This document shows positions 8,086 through 19,800 of a stretch of DNA of 64,000 bases, piece after piece. Location of the stretch: positions 66,712,001 through 66,776,000 of the forward strand of contig NW_027266308.1 in NCBI RefSeq assembly GCF_022045235.1, in the 5' to 3' direction. Positions within the stretch are counted from its first letter, which is position 1, and every line of letters begins with the position of its first letter. The DNA comes from Haliotis cracherodii (lineage: Eukaryota). Both the position numbers and the translations under genes were made by a program. Under the pieces are notes generated by a model. The model saw nothing but the letters and a program-made list of their open reading frames with translations, was not told the origin of the DNA and searched no databases.

Positions 8086-9326
8086 TCATTGCACAAATGT
8101 AATGTAAATGTATATCGAAGGCCCAAAGACGGTGATATTGTGAACTCTATTTGTACAAACTGTTCATGCAGAGAAGTAGAGAATGAATACAATGTCTTAC
8201 TCACGCTCGTAATTGTGGAATTCCATTTAAGGTACAAATTTCTCCCCATGTTGCAAGGTATTTTTTATAGACTGTCAGTTAATGATAAATCTGCTAAACT
8301 CTGGAAATCCTGATATGATCCATGCTGTTCCTGTATCTATAACGAGGAATGTGGAACTTGATTTAAAATCTAATCATGTACATCACGTGACGAATGTTGA
8401 TATCCAATCTGCATTGTACTATGGGCCTTGATGCCTAAATTACTGACTAAACTGTCTGTCTGTCTGTACTTCATTCCTGACAACTATCCACTGTCAAAAC
8501 TTAAAGCTATGGCCGTCTACCAAATCTCAACAGAAACAATGTATTACAATTACAACATAATTCAGCAATACATTACACTGCCATATAACAACAGTTACAT
8601 GTGAGAAATACGATTTCGGTGGTAAGTATTGTCACAGCACAACATATAAATAGTGAGCGGCCAAAACATATAATCAACATTGAACGTTATTATGAATCTT
8701 TAGTATGATATTAATGTGAATATACAAGAACTTCGATATGTTCCTCTTTGTCAAGACATATAATGCTGGTGTTATCTCGTGGTGAGACACGATCTGATTG
8801 AAAAGTGAAACAGCTTACCATCAGAATACATTCTGCGTTTCAAAAGGCAGCAAGGCAGCGTTTTAATGATTGAAATTTATGTCCGACCATCACGTCATTT
8901 AATTTACTCTTGAAATGGTTCCTCCCATATGAATAGCCCCTCAAATTCCTTGTGAGCTTATGATCACCCCAACGGTAAGAATGGGACGAGATGAGATGAG
9001 ATGGAGATTCTGAAGCTGTGGAAATTCATGACCTAATTTCGAGTTATAGCTTTACAGTAAATGCTGGGTGAAAAGGAAAATCATATGGATCAGGGATTGT
9101 GGTTGAGTGAGTGAGGAAGTTAAAATTTGACGTCACATCGGTAATATTTCAGCCATATCGTGACGAGAACAAGCAATATACTACCAATAAATATACCCAA
9201 ACTGTATAATTACCTGTCAGCGAAGGACAATACAACAATTAGATCAAGAACACTTAAAAGCATACACTATTATTCACAGACACAATATAAATACGTTCTT
9301 TTATAGGCATTTAGAAGTTGGAGTAC

Positions 9327-9515
9327 AAAGTAAGGATATGAATTTATGGATGAACAACTTTATTACAATTAAGAGCGACGTTTCCCCGACGTTTTTGGTG
9401 TAGGTTCGAACACCGTTACCACCATTGCTTGATAACGGTGTTAGAACCTACACAGAAACGTCGCTCTTAATTGTGATAAAGAATTTGTTCATCCATGAAT
9501 TCTTATCCTTACTTT
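9327..9515. repeat. Long palindrome of Penelope-like terminal (pLTR-like) sequence
   Basis: ~90-bp arms (aaagtaaggat...aacaccgtta / taacggtgtt...atccttacttt) around a short loop. Carries the GAAACGTCG...TAAAGAA.TTGTT.ATCCAT motif also seen at ~16880, ~18280 and ~56260. Confidence 0.75.
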
Positions 9516-9689
9516 ATATAAATACAACCAATAGATTGCCAGCAACTAAATATACTTGTGGTACCTGCACGCTTTCCCAGCAGGATTTACACCATCCCAT
9601 CAGACCCCGAGTCCTTAAATGTTGTAACTTCTGAGCAAGAGTCGTAAATCTTGGTAGAAAGAGCATGCTTGATTATCGATCACACAATC

Positions 9690-9848
9690 TAGTGATTGAC
9701 ATCATGAGCATCGATCTACGCATTTGGGGTCAATGACATGCGAGTCTGACCGCCCAATCCCGGTAGTCGCCTCTTCCGACAAGCAGAGACGCTTTTTATG
9801 GCAAGCATGGGTTACTGAAGACATATTCTACCCCGGATCTTCACGAGA
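9690..9848 (-). mobile_element. SINE with CTTGTCGTAAGAGGCGACTA central domain (Meta-domain-like)
   Basis: Same body recurs at ~14490-14700 (-), ~20675-20865 (+), ~22230-22330 (-), ~22785-22960 (+) and ~61310-61460 (+). Confidence 0.7.
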
Positions 9849-9852
9849 CGCA

Positions 9853-10310
9853 ACCTTTTGAAATGCAGAAGGCATTCCGAGCTGATTTTCCTTTCAGTGA
9901 AATCGTGTCCCACGCCTAGCGATGACACCAGTATTATAAGTGTTGCCAAAGGAAAACAGAGCAACCTTGACTGCATGATTTTAAACTGTTGAATACAGGT
10001 TTCGAACACTCACTGTTTACAGTCTCTGCTGTGGCAGCAATGTACTTCAATCGTTTAAACGCTACCTTTAGAAACGCAGAAAATATTCCGAGATGATTTT
10101 CTTTTAAGTGAAATTGTGTCCCACGACAGGTGATGACACCAGTATCATGTGTGTTGAAACTATTGATTATGTGTTTAGAACACTCGCTGTCAGATTCTGC
10201 TGTGACAACACCGTTTTCACTCGTTTAAACGCTACCAATTATGTAGTGTCCCACGCCCAGCGATGACACCAGCATTATGTGTGTTGACATAAGACGAGAG
10301 AATCTCACAT
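9853..10310. repeat. Short array of ~170-210-bp repeats (copy 1)
   Basis: Core gtgaaatcgtgtcccacgcccggcgatgacaccagcattatg recurs 3 times; homologous arrays at 29.6 kb and 57.1 kb. Confidence 0.85.
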
Positions 10311-10396
10311 GACAACACACCTTACTGTACATCACTGGCCCTCCTTTTAAGAAAAACAATTACCCAATGACACACCCATTGACACACTCACTTACC

Positions 10397-10398
<2 letters not shown>

Positions 10399-10467
<69 letters not shown>
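10399..10467. repeat. (TG)n microsatellite
   Basis: Direct inspection. Confidence 0.98.
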
Positions 10468-10469
<2 letters not shown>

Positions 10470-10889
10470 CAGTGTTTATGAAGCCACTACAGGTTGTACT
10501 TATATTGCGTAAAGGTTTACTCAAAACTTACTTGACTATAAAGCCATGGTGGCACAGTTAATCGGTCTTTGGATAACGTGTATATTACATAAACAATTGT
10601 TCGTAGTCATAAATCATGAAGCGTGAAGTAAGTTTTTGTGGCCCCTGATGTTGTGCATGGAGCGGATATTATGCAACACCTCTCTCGTTCATCTCATACT
10701 TATACCAAAGTCAGCTCGCTAAATACAGGTCTGCATTGCAAAATTCCCATTCACCGTCCCCTGCACTGACGTGACACGTCCAGTCCCTACATACAGATCT
10801 ACAATGTGTAATTAAAGCAACACTATATCATGAGCATGTGTTTATAAATCAATAGCAAATAGCAATGATACCAGGTATCGTATCCTGCA

Positions 10890-12000
10890 ATGAAAAGGTG
10901 AGCGTATCCTGCCCCATCGGTGGCACCCATCACGAACACATACAATGGCAAGTCCATTGATCACCTGGAAAAAAACATGGGAATATATGGTACAAGTCAA
11001 AATAGAGAATTGCATCGGACATAATTTTTGTCACTGATGAGTCAAATTTGGAAATGTCCTCCACATGTCTACCATAGAACGTTTCAAAAGCTTGTTGTAG
11101 CTTGTTGTAGTCTTGATTAAACAATTTCTGAGCAAGGGTTGAATGATGCTCTCTGAAATCTTGGTAGAATAAGCATGCTCGATTGAATCTCAAAAGTTGC
11201 GAAATGTAAACACCAAAGGTTGGAGCTGCTGGGATATTGCTCGACATGAAGGTTTAGTTGACTTTCAGAAAGTTGAAGTCATCGCTCTTGTCACACAGTC
11301 TTGTGGGGAGTGTTTTGTCACTCTGAATCTTTATGCAAAGATCTAAATAGTGAAGCTTATATCCGTTATTTCTAGTTAAGTGGAAGAGAATTGGGCTATT
11401 CGCTGCTTATTGAACGATATCGGATCATTGATATACCCGAAGCTTAAGTTAAACTCCTCGGCCAAATTACCTTGTTTTGAATCCAACAGAAATTATGATT
11501 CATACGCATAAAAAAAACAGATCCGCAAGAAGGGGAGCAAAATTGATGCCCACTGGGGATGCCTTCTTCTTGCCTATATGTCTTACCCCAAAATTCTACG
11601 TACAATGTAGATGGTATCAATGGGGAAGTTTAACATTTCACATATAGTTTTCTCAGTAAACTTCAGATGGCATTTGCTTTCATTTTTCACAAATTATCCT
11701 CAACCTCTGAATATAGATACGTAACTGTATCGGTGTTCAGCACGTTTTGTAACAATTGCTCCATGGATCAAGAAATTAATATTTGTCTTACTTTTATCAT
11801 GTGGGATAGTGGTTACAAAGTTGAAAAATTAAATGTTTGACAGAATGGAACTTGGTTCTTTTCCGAGATTTCAAAAAGTCAAGCAAATCCTTTGAGTCTT
11901 TCAGAATCCACATGGCATTAATTACACAATCACCGCCACTGGTATACTGCCTCAGTTTATTATGGATTATCATAAAGACACTGACTCTGACCCCACTCGA
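10890..12000 (-). mobile_element. Decayed Penelope-like retroelement RT (probably Naiad-type)
   Basis: Minus-strand GIP.G.NFAPLLADLF..AYE, DKSDDFNF and SSNIPAAPTFGVYISQLLRF..AC motifs with frameshifts. Confidence 0.7.
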
Positions 12001-12613
12001 TCGTGTTTTATCCCCTCAATGCCAAGCGCCAAGCAATCTACAAACACGTACAATCTTTCAAAAGATGTATTCCACAAGTTTTATCTATGTCATGCTTGTG
12101 AGCTCCATTTTTCTCTTGCATTAAGCATTTAATTAATTAAGCAATATTAAATAAACGTGTAGAAAAACATTTTAAAGCAAGCAGCTTTCTGTCAGTTAAC
12201 ATTTGCTCAGCAAACACAATGCAGTCAAGCAGTTATAACAAAAACTATTCGGACACAAAGGACAACAAAAAATACTTTTTAGAACACAAACAGTCTATGT
12301 AATTTGTTTAGCTTCATAATTTTGAAATAATCCAATTAAAGATTTATGGATGTTGTGGAAAATTGGTGGATCAGCGGTAATCCATTTTTCCTGGTTTATA
12401 TATAGATTTTTTATATTAATATTTTTTATATAATTTACTGAATCATGTCGGCGGAATGTAAACATGTACACGCGAGAATTATGTTTCACTAGTATCCCAA
12501 AAGATGCGTCAACATGGAAAGACAGGACAGGACTGGAGCTCTTGCTTCGAGCCGAAAATGCAGTGAAAACCTTCAACCTGCGCTCAACTTAAAGTCTCCT
12601 GGGCACCCCAGGA

Positions 12614-12614
<1 letters not shown>

Positions 12615-12669
<55 letters not shown>
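12615..12669. repeat. (TA)n microsatellite
   Basis: Direct inspection. Confidence 0.98.
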
Positions 12670-12671
<2 letters not shown>

Positions 12672-13049
12672 TGGACGAAACTGAACTTTTGCGAATCATT
12701 AAACATGTAAACTTGTGACAGAAAATCTGAACTTTCCTATACCTGAGCCTTGCCACATAATACGGCTCACGAACTCCTTGTGCAGACAACGCAGCACGCG
12801 CTTGCGCACGAGTCTTGATACAAATCAACAACAATTGGAGACACACTATCATCATGGAGGGCACACATTGGCTGTTTTTTACCTATTAAGGTAATATGAA
12901 CAGTGCAATACACGTGTATCAACCGAGAGAATCAGGGTGGTGAATGTGTATTATGGTCTTCATTCCCCGTGGACTTGAGTTGTTTGGGGACATGGAGCTG
13001 AACCCCGGTCCAAGAACCAGAGGTACGGGAACCATGCTAACAAGAAGCT

Positions 13050-13430
13050 AACAGCACAGTTGCATAAACTTGAAACAAGGTTAGACAGCGGAGGAGCCTT
13101 CTCATACGTGGGAGTCATGGTTCACCATTGGAATGATACAGAAATTGTAGAACATGTTTTTTCTGGAGATCACTGTAGAGTTCGACAACTCACAGTCCGT
13201 TCAGATCGAACGTGCCCAACACCTTAAATTGAGAAATAGGGTAAAACCTACTATAATCGTCAAGATCAGTTTCTATAAGTACTTCAGGCAACGTCATAAG
13301 ACTCTTGCTGAGAAGCTGTTTGATCAAGATTCAAGGCCCCAGTAAAGCTTACAAAAAATGTGGAGGATATTCCAATTATGACACATCACAGACAAATCTA
13401 TGACCAATGCAATTCCCTATTGTGACTTGA
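13050..13430 (+). mobile_element. L1-type ORF1 fragment joined to a Penelope-like RT C-terminal fragment
   Basis: VQIERAQH...KPTIIVKISFYK resembles the IERAHR...RPIIVKF..YK ORF1 RRM motif. It continues as FRQRHKTLAEKLFDQ, matching FREHHSTLAQKLFNQ at ~11.1 kb. Confidence 0.5.
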
Positions 13431-13639
13431 TTTATGAGAACGTTTGATCTTATATCATGTTCTCATAGCTTTACTCTCTTTACTCTGCAGAGTGGTAAAA
13501 GCTGCTTTAAAAGACACAGTTCTGGCGAAGACAATCCCGAGAAGGTCGTACGAATTCACTGAAGACTCATTTCCTCGTGGAAATTGTAACTTAATTTCCT
13601 TCAAAGACACACCAAGATTATTAGTTTATTAGTTCCCCG

Positions 13640-13765
13640 GAGAGCGGAGGGTCCGGTGTTCGATCCCCGGCAGCGCCATACCAAGAAACATTAAAAGATG
13701 GTACTTGGTGTTACCCTGTCTGGCGCACGGCAATAAAGATCTTGAGCGCGACGTTAAATACCATT
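13640..13765 (+). mobile_element. tRNA-derived SINE fragment
   Basis: B-box-like GTTCGATCCCC followed by ataccaa...aaagatggtact body and gcgacgttaaa tail. Confidence 0.5.
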
Positions 13766-15329
13766 TCTCCTCACCTCACTGTATTGATTACAATCAATAG
13801 ACGATTGTGTAGTAATGCATCGACGATAACTATAAGAATATATTGATATCGAACAAAGGACAATTTGATATTCTTATTTGAGCTATAAATAGCTTCATCA
13901 GGGGAAGTACTAGTGTCAGTGTTACACGAAGAACTGACAAGAATGGAGAATCTGTGGATCAGGGTCAAATCTCGAGTCTCGTGTTTGTCCTGTTGGCGGA
14001 CAAGAAAAGGGCACAAAGATGTAATAATAGAGTTATTATTCTTTTGGGATTGTTAGTGTAAAGCTTAAGACAATAATTTACCACCACACAAATTGTCTGT
14101 TTATCTATAAGAGATATGTTACTTTGATTTGAAGCCACTGATTGCGAGTTATTGTATATTCTATATTCTATAGTAATGGTAAAATGTTGATTATTTTGTT
14201 GTTTGAATTGTCATCAAATAATGAGAGCAATACACCTGCCTGAAGAAGTCTAATAACTCATAATAAGCTCATATCTGACAAACAGAACAAATCAACCAAT
14301 ATTTCCTTCGAAAACACTACCCATTACAGGAACACGAATCATTAGTTTATACAATGTAAATATGGAAAAAAATGAACAAGCATCAAATGTATGTATATTA
14401 CTTGCTTGTACAGGAGAAACGTATTTGAACTTGAATGTTAATCAATGTGTCTAAATAGCTTTGTTTGTGTCTTTGTTTTTTTTGTTTAAGGCCGCAGTAT
14501 GTAAATACTCGAGTCCTGACCAGACAATCCAGTGATTGACATCATGGGTATCTATCTACGCAATTGAGATCAATGACATGCATCAACCAAGTCAGCGAGC
14601 CTCACCACCCGATCCCTTCTGTCGCCTCTTACGACAAGCATCGCCGCCTTTATGGCAAGCATGGTTAGCTGAAGACCTATTCTAGCCTGGATCTTCACTT
14701 GTAGTCTAAATGACAATTGTGCAGGTTTAAAATGTTATATGGCAGTGTACTTTATTGTTTAACAGTGATTGTGACTGTGTTGTATTGTTTCTGTTGTGTT
14801 TGTGTTGTGTTCTGTTGCATTGTGTTTGGGCACTAAACCTCAACCATCAAATCAGACAGTTAATCGGCCCTCTCGGACCATATCAGCAACTGTCCTAATC
14901 ACAACATCAACTGGGACAACGTCCAAATCCTATCCAACAACCTCCATGATTAAACTAAAAGAAAACGAACAGAGGCTGTCCACATTTGCCCCCACAAGCC
15001 ATCAATCAACTGAGATCAAGGTCTTTCATCCCATCTGCCTACTATGAACTCATCAAGCAATGATCACCAAACCTATGCAAACTAATCCTTTTAATTGGCT
15101 TCATGTCCCATTGACTTCCACCCATGTGTTCTCTGTCAATCATGTTGTATTATCCTTCTATTGTCATTATTTACACATGTTATCCCACTCATGGATGCAA
15201 TTGCTACTGTTAATCCTCCACCAACTATATATATTCTCTACAATGTTCCTTATTCAGTCCCATTTTTGTTTATCATGGTCTTCGGACGACATCAAGCCCA
15301 TGAGCGCTCTATGTCCTAAAAAACATCAT

Positions 15330-15363
<34 letters not shown>

Positions 15364-15589
15364 ACAACTCCAACCACTAAAGTTCCCTATCTCTGCATAC
15401 TCAACTGTCTTCAGCCCGGCCGGCCCGGATACCGAGGCCGGCCCACCACACCGTCTTAATAGACCAAGCCGCCATTGCAACAACCTCACCTGCTCACGGA
15501 CTTCATCTGCACTGCTCGGCATTTTCCACCAACTTCGTTTTGTTTCTCTCTTGTCATCTACAATCATCTTTTTCACCAGGCGTAATTAT

Positions 15590-16090
15590 GATATCCCCTT
15601 TCTATCAATCTCAATATTCTCCAGCCCAATCAATAATGAATGGCAGATCCCCAGGTGGCAGACAGAAATACAAGGAGTAATATACCTAGACAACAAAGAC
15701 ACAACAGAAGACATTCAAGAATCCATACATATTGCAAATCAGATCCAAACACAACCCCAAATCACAAACTTTAAGGCTATAAACAGGAAAGAACACACAC
15801 CAGGTAGAACAACCACTCAAACAGTTTTTATAACAGTCAACAACACTGCCCACACACATAACCTTCGTCGCCCCCAAATTAAAAAAATCCTACCCAATGC
15901 TTATTGTTTATCTTTTGGCCACAAATCTTAAGACTGCAAAAATCTCCCCCTCTGTCCCAGGTGCGGCTCACTAAACCATGCTATGGAGGAGTGCACTTGG
16001 GTCACTTTTTGTATAAAATGACAAGCCGAAGGACACATATCTAACCATAACACATGCCCTATAAAACACATATTGAAACTAAACAATCAG
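15590..16090 (+). mobile_element. LINE ORF1 (gag-like) remnant with three zinc knuckles
   Basis: CLSFGHKS*DC, CPRCGSLNH..EEC, CIK*QAEGH...TCP with in-frame stops. Confidence 0.7.
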
Positions 16091-16409
16091 ATCTACCAAA
16101 ACCAACAACCATTTCTTTACTAAATTACACATCAGATGGACAAGAAGACTTAACTGAACACATAAACAACAGTCACAGCTGATATACAACAGCTCCCCCT
16201 ACGAACACCCAATCAAACCGGCACCCCACAGACAATCTACCTTCATTACCCACACACACACACACACACACACCATCCCTTACCCCCGCCCAATCCCAGA
16301 CTACATCTCCAAAAGCAGAAAAGAATACCAAGCAAACAAAGTATAAAATCTCAAATCAGCACCGTCTGCAAACATCACCCAACAAAAACTACATAGCAAC
16401 ATGAACAAA

Positions 16410-16761
16410 ATGTGAACACACAATGCCATTTAGAAAGTGGTCAAATGTAACATTTGGGATAACACTTTCATAGAAAAGTACAGATTCTCGTACATTTTTC
16501 GGTTGAGTCCCGTCCGGGACTCAAACCCACGCCCAAAGTGAGGCACCTAATCGCCAGCACACACAGTCAGCGATCTAACCCATTCAGTCACCGAGGCTTC
16601 CACAAAATGAAAGTCCGACAACTGGTAGTCTAGGTCACTACTTTGTGTACCCCTCTGACAAGTGTAAATTGGCACGCTGCACAAAGGGGTACACAAAGTA
16701 CATGACCAAGACTACCAGTTGTCGGACTTTCATTTTGTGGAAGCCTCAGTGGCTGAGTGGG
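16410..16761 (-). mobile_element. Repeat with internal tRNA-like module and an inverted duplication of its 5' end
   Basis: Minus-strand A/B-box-like sequences. Arms 16579-16654 and 16684-16761 are inverted repeats. A deleted relative lies at ~26415-26615 (+). Confidence 0.6.
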
Positions 16762-17079
16762 CCTTTTTAGGTGAATGTATGATTTCTTGAATTGTTGTTA
16801 CTGTTAATCCTCCACCAACTATATATTCTGTACAATGTCCCTCTTTCAGTCTTGCTTGACCATGGTATAAGGATCTATATCGAAACGTCGCGTTTTACAG
16901 TATTAAAGAAGTTGTTATCCATAAAAGTGTTTCTACCTTGTTTTGAGTTTGCTTTATACACCAAGTGAGTCTGAAATGATTAAGAAATTGTTTTTTGTTT
17001 AAGTGTTTTTACTGAATGTATGGCTAGGAGTTCAACAGTACTAGTGTTGTTACTGGAGTAGTTATTGTAATGATAGTTT

Positions 17080-18210
17080 GTGGTGATGGGAGGTCCTGGC
17101 CTATATGGAAACTAGCCCTGTTTTATTGTTTTTGTTTTGAGATGCATCTAAATAAATGTGTGTATGAGATGGCCAGGCAGATTTAATGTGATTTAATATT
17201 ATTGCTGTTGTTTTCTGTAGGGGAAATGTTTGGTTGTGAAAGGAGTATGTTGTGAAGTGAGGTGTCTTTTTCAGGAACCGGTAAGTCTCGTATATAGTGT
17301 TAGGGTGGGGTGGGGTGGGGGTATGGGGGGTAGGGCTGATATTGGTGAGGTTATGTGTTTGTAGAAGTTTGTATAGGTGGTCGAGGTAAGGGGCATTTTC
17401 TGGATGGTTTTTTTTTTAATTTATGGGCTGTAGATTTGCCAGTGGCTATTTAAAAGGCTTTATAGTGAATTGATTTGAGTTAATTGTGATTTTGGGTAGA
17501 AATACCACTTAAGACCGCAGCGTCATAATCAATTTATGTTTGTATTTGTGTTTTGTATATGCTAAGAAGGGTTTGTTTGTCTAACCCACAGTCATTGCCT
17601 CTGATGGCTCTCATTAAATTTAAATCTTTTTTCACATGAAGTGGGCAATTTTGATATATGGGGTGTCCAGGTTAGGTGTTGGTCAAATATAACTCCTTGG
17701 AATCTTGCTTCTTTTTGCAATGTAATTTCTTCATTATTTAAGTGTAGTTTGTGAGTATAATTTGTCTGTATAATATGGGAGTACATATTGGGAGTATAAT
17801 ATGTTATTTTTTAATAAGATGCCAATAGTTTTTTTAGTGTTGATTTGAAATCCCAACTTGGAAGCCCATTTTTGAATATTATCCAGTGCAGACTACATTT
17901 TGTTTTTAATTAAATTTAATGATGATGATTTGGGTGATTTGGAAAAATGTCGTCAATCATAAAGTTAAATAATTTCGGCAAGAAAATGCTCCCTTGTGGG
18001 GTGCCATTTTCTAATGGGTGTGTGTGTCTGATATTGTTCCATGTGCGATAACTTGTTATGTTTCTGTCAGTTAGGAATGAGTGAATGAAATTTAGAATTC
18101 TCCAAGTAATGGCATTGTTTTCTAGATCTTGAATTAGAATTGAATCCACTACAGTAGGATTTTAAGGATGATTTATTGTGTATCGGATAGGTTGGTTATC
18201 ATTTAGTGAA
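17080..18210 (-). mobile_element. Decayed LINE ORF2 (RT, probable RNase H; I/Nimb-like)
   Basis: LENGTPQGSIFLPKLFNFMIDDI, QKWASKLGFQIN, KEARFQGVIFDQHLTWTPHI. Confidence 0.75.
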
Positions 18211-18554
18211 ATACGGCTGGAGCTGTCACTCCAGACTACCAGGAGTCTTCCATATTTATCAGTGTAAATCAGTGTGAAACCGAAACTTCGCCTTCACCGT
18301 ATTAAAGAAGTTGTTATCCATAAATTGTATCTACTTTGTCATCCGTTAACTTCTAAGTAATGCCTATCAGTCAATTCAGATCATCTCACAGTCCACGAAC
18401 CATATTATTTCCCTTCCCTTATATTTTCAGAGGCTGGGCATTAGTATAAAAGCAAAGCACGCCAAACTACCAAAGAAATTCCATTTAAGTCTATTATTGT
18501 TTTGCAAGTCTAGCTTTATTCAGCCCGACTCTCTATGTTCCTTGCGACCATATA

Positions 18555-19800
18555 AACTGACGTCCAAAATAAACCTTACCAACTGAAAATATAACTTTCA
18601 GACAAAGTATAAATTTTTTTTCGATGAAGTCTATCTAAAACACATAACCTAAATACAACAATAGTGTATGCAGAAAATGGTATGCGTCTGTTACATGTTT
18701 GCGAGATAACACGCGAAATTGTTAAAAACTCGTGCACCACGGACAACTGCAAATGTACGTGCGGGTAAGGGTATCAAACGATTGCAACGGCAAGTCAGAC
18801 ATCCAAAGTGATAAAAAAAAAACACACACAAAAGAAATGCCACGACCCACAGTCGAACAACGTGAACGAGCCTTGGGTATGGTACAGATGGGAGCCACCC
18901 ACACCCATATTGCACGAACCTTCGGTTGCTCCCGTGTTGCCGTTACCAACTTGATGCAACGTTACAGACAGACAGGACGGACTGCTGACAGGCCAAGAAC
19001 AGACAGACCCAGAGTGACCACGCCCCATGATTACCGGTACTTGCATACCTTGCACCTCCGATATCGCTTCCTGACAGTGACGTCAACGGCAACAAATGCC
19101 TTAGATCACAGGGTTAGTCAACAGACAGTGGCCAGGAGATTCCGGGCTCATGGAATCAGAGCTTTTAGACCATACAGAGGACAGCTATTGACAGTGCAAC
19201 ATCGTCGTCTGCGACTGGGCCCGGACTGTACGACGTTGGCAACGAGGGTACTGGCATAGGGTTGTCTTCACTGACGAAAGTCGATTCTGTATGTTTAAGG
19301 CTGATGGAAGACAAAGTGTTTATCGCCGAAGGGGTGAACCAACGGCGGCGTGTTGCGTGCAGGAGGTCGTACCATATGGTGGAAGGAGTGTCATGGTGTG
19401 GGGAGAGATCTGTGGTGTCATTTATCAGCCTGACAACGCTAGAGCCCATGCAGCCAGAATTGTCACTAACTTCCTCGCAGCCAACAACGTCAACGTCCAG
19501 CCGTGGCCAGCACGCTCACCCGACATGTACCCTATAGAACACCTCAGGGACTTAATGGATCATCGTGTTCGACAACGAACACACTCTCCAGCCAACCGGC
19601 AAGAACTGATCTTGGCCCTCCAAGATTAATGGCGTCAAATACCACGTGACCTCATCAGACGACTGACTTTTTCTGTGCGTCGAAGAGTTTTTGCGTGTAT
19701 TGAGGCATTTGGTGTTCACACACGCTACTAATGACTTGTTATTGAACGTGAGCGATTGTTTATATACTCTGCCTATTGTCCATGATTCTGAAAGCTTAAG
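18555..19800 (+). mobile_element. Tc1/mariner transposon, degenerate (transposase 18837-19731)
   Basis: MPRPT...HTH, RPRVTT, VFTDES, SVMVWG, QPDNARAH, WPARSPDMYPIEH, G.HTRY; frameshifts and internal deletion. Confidence 0.88.
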
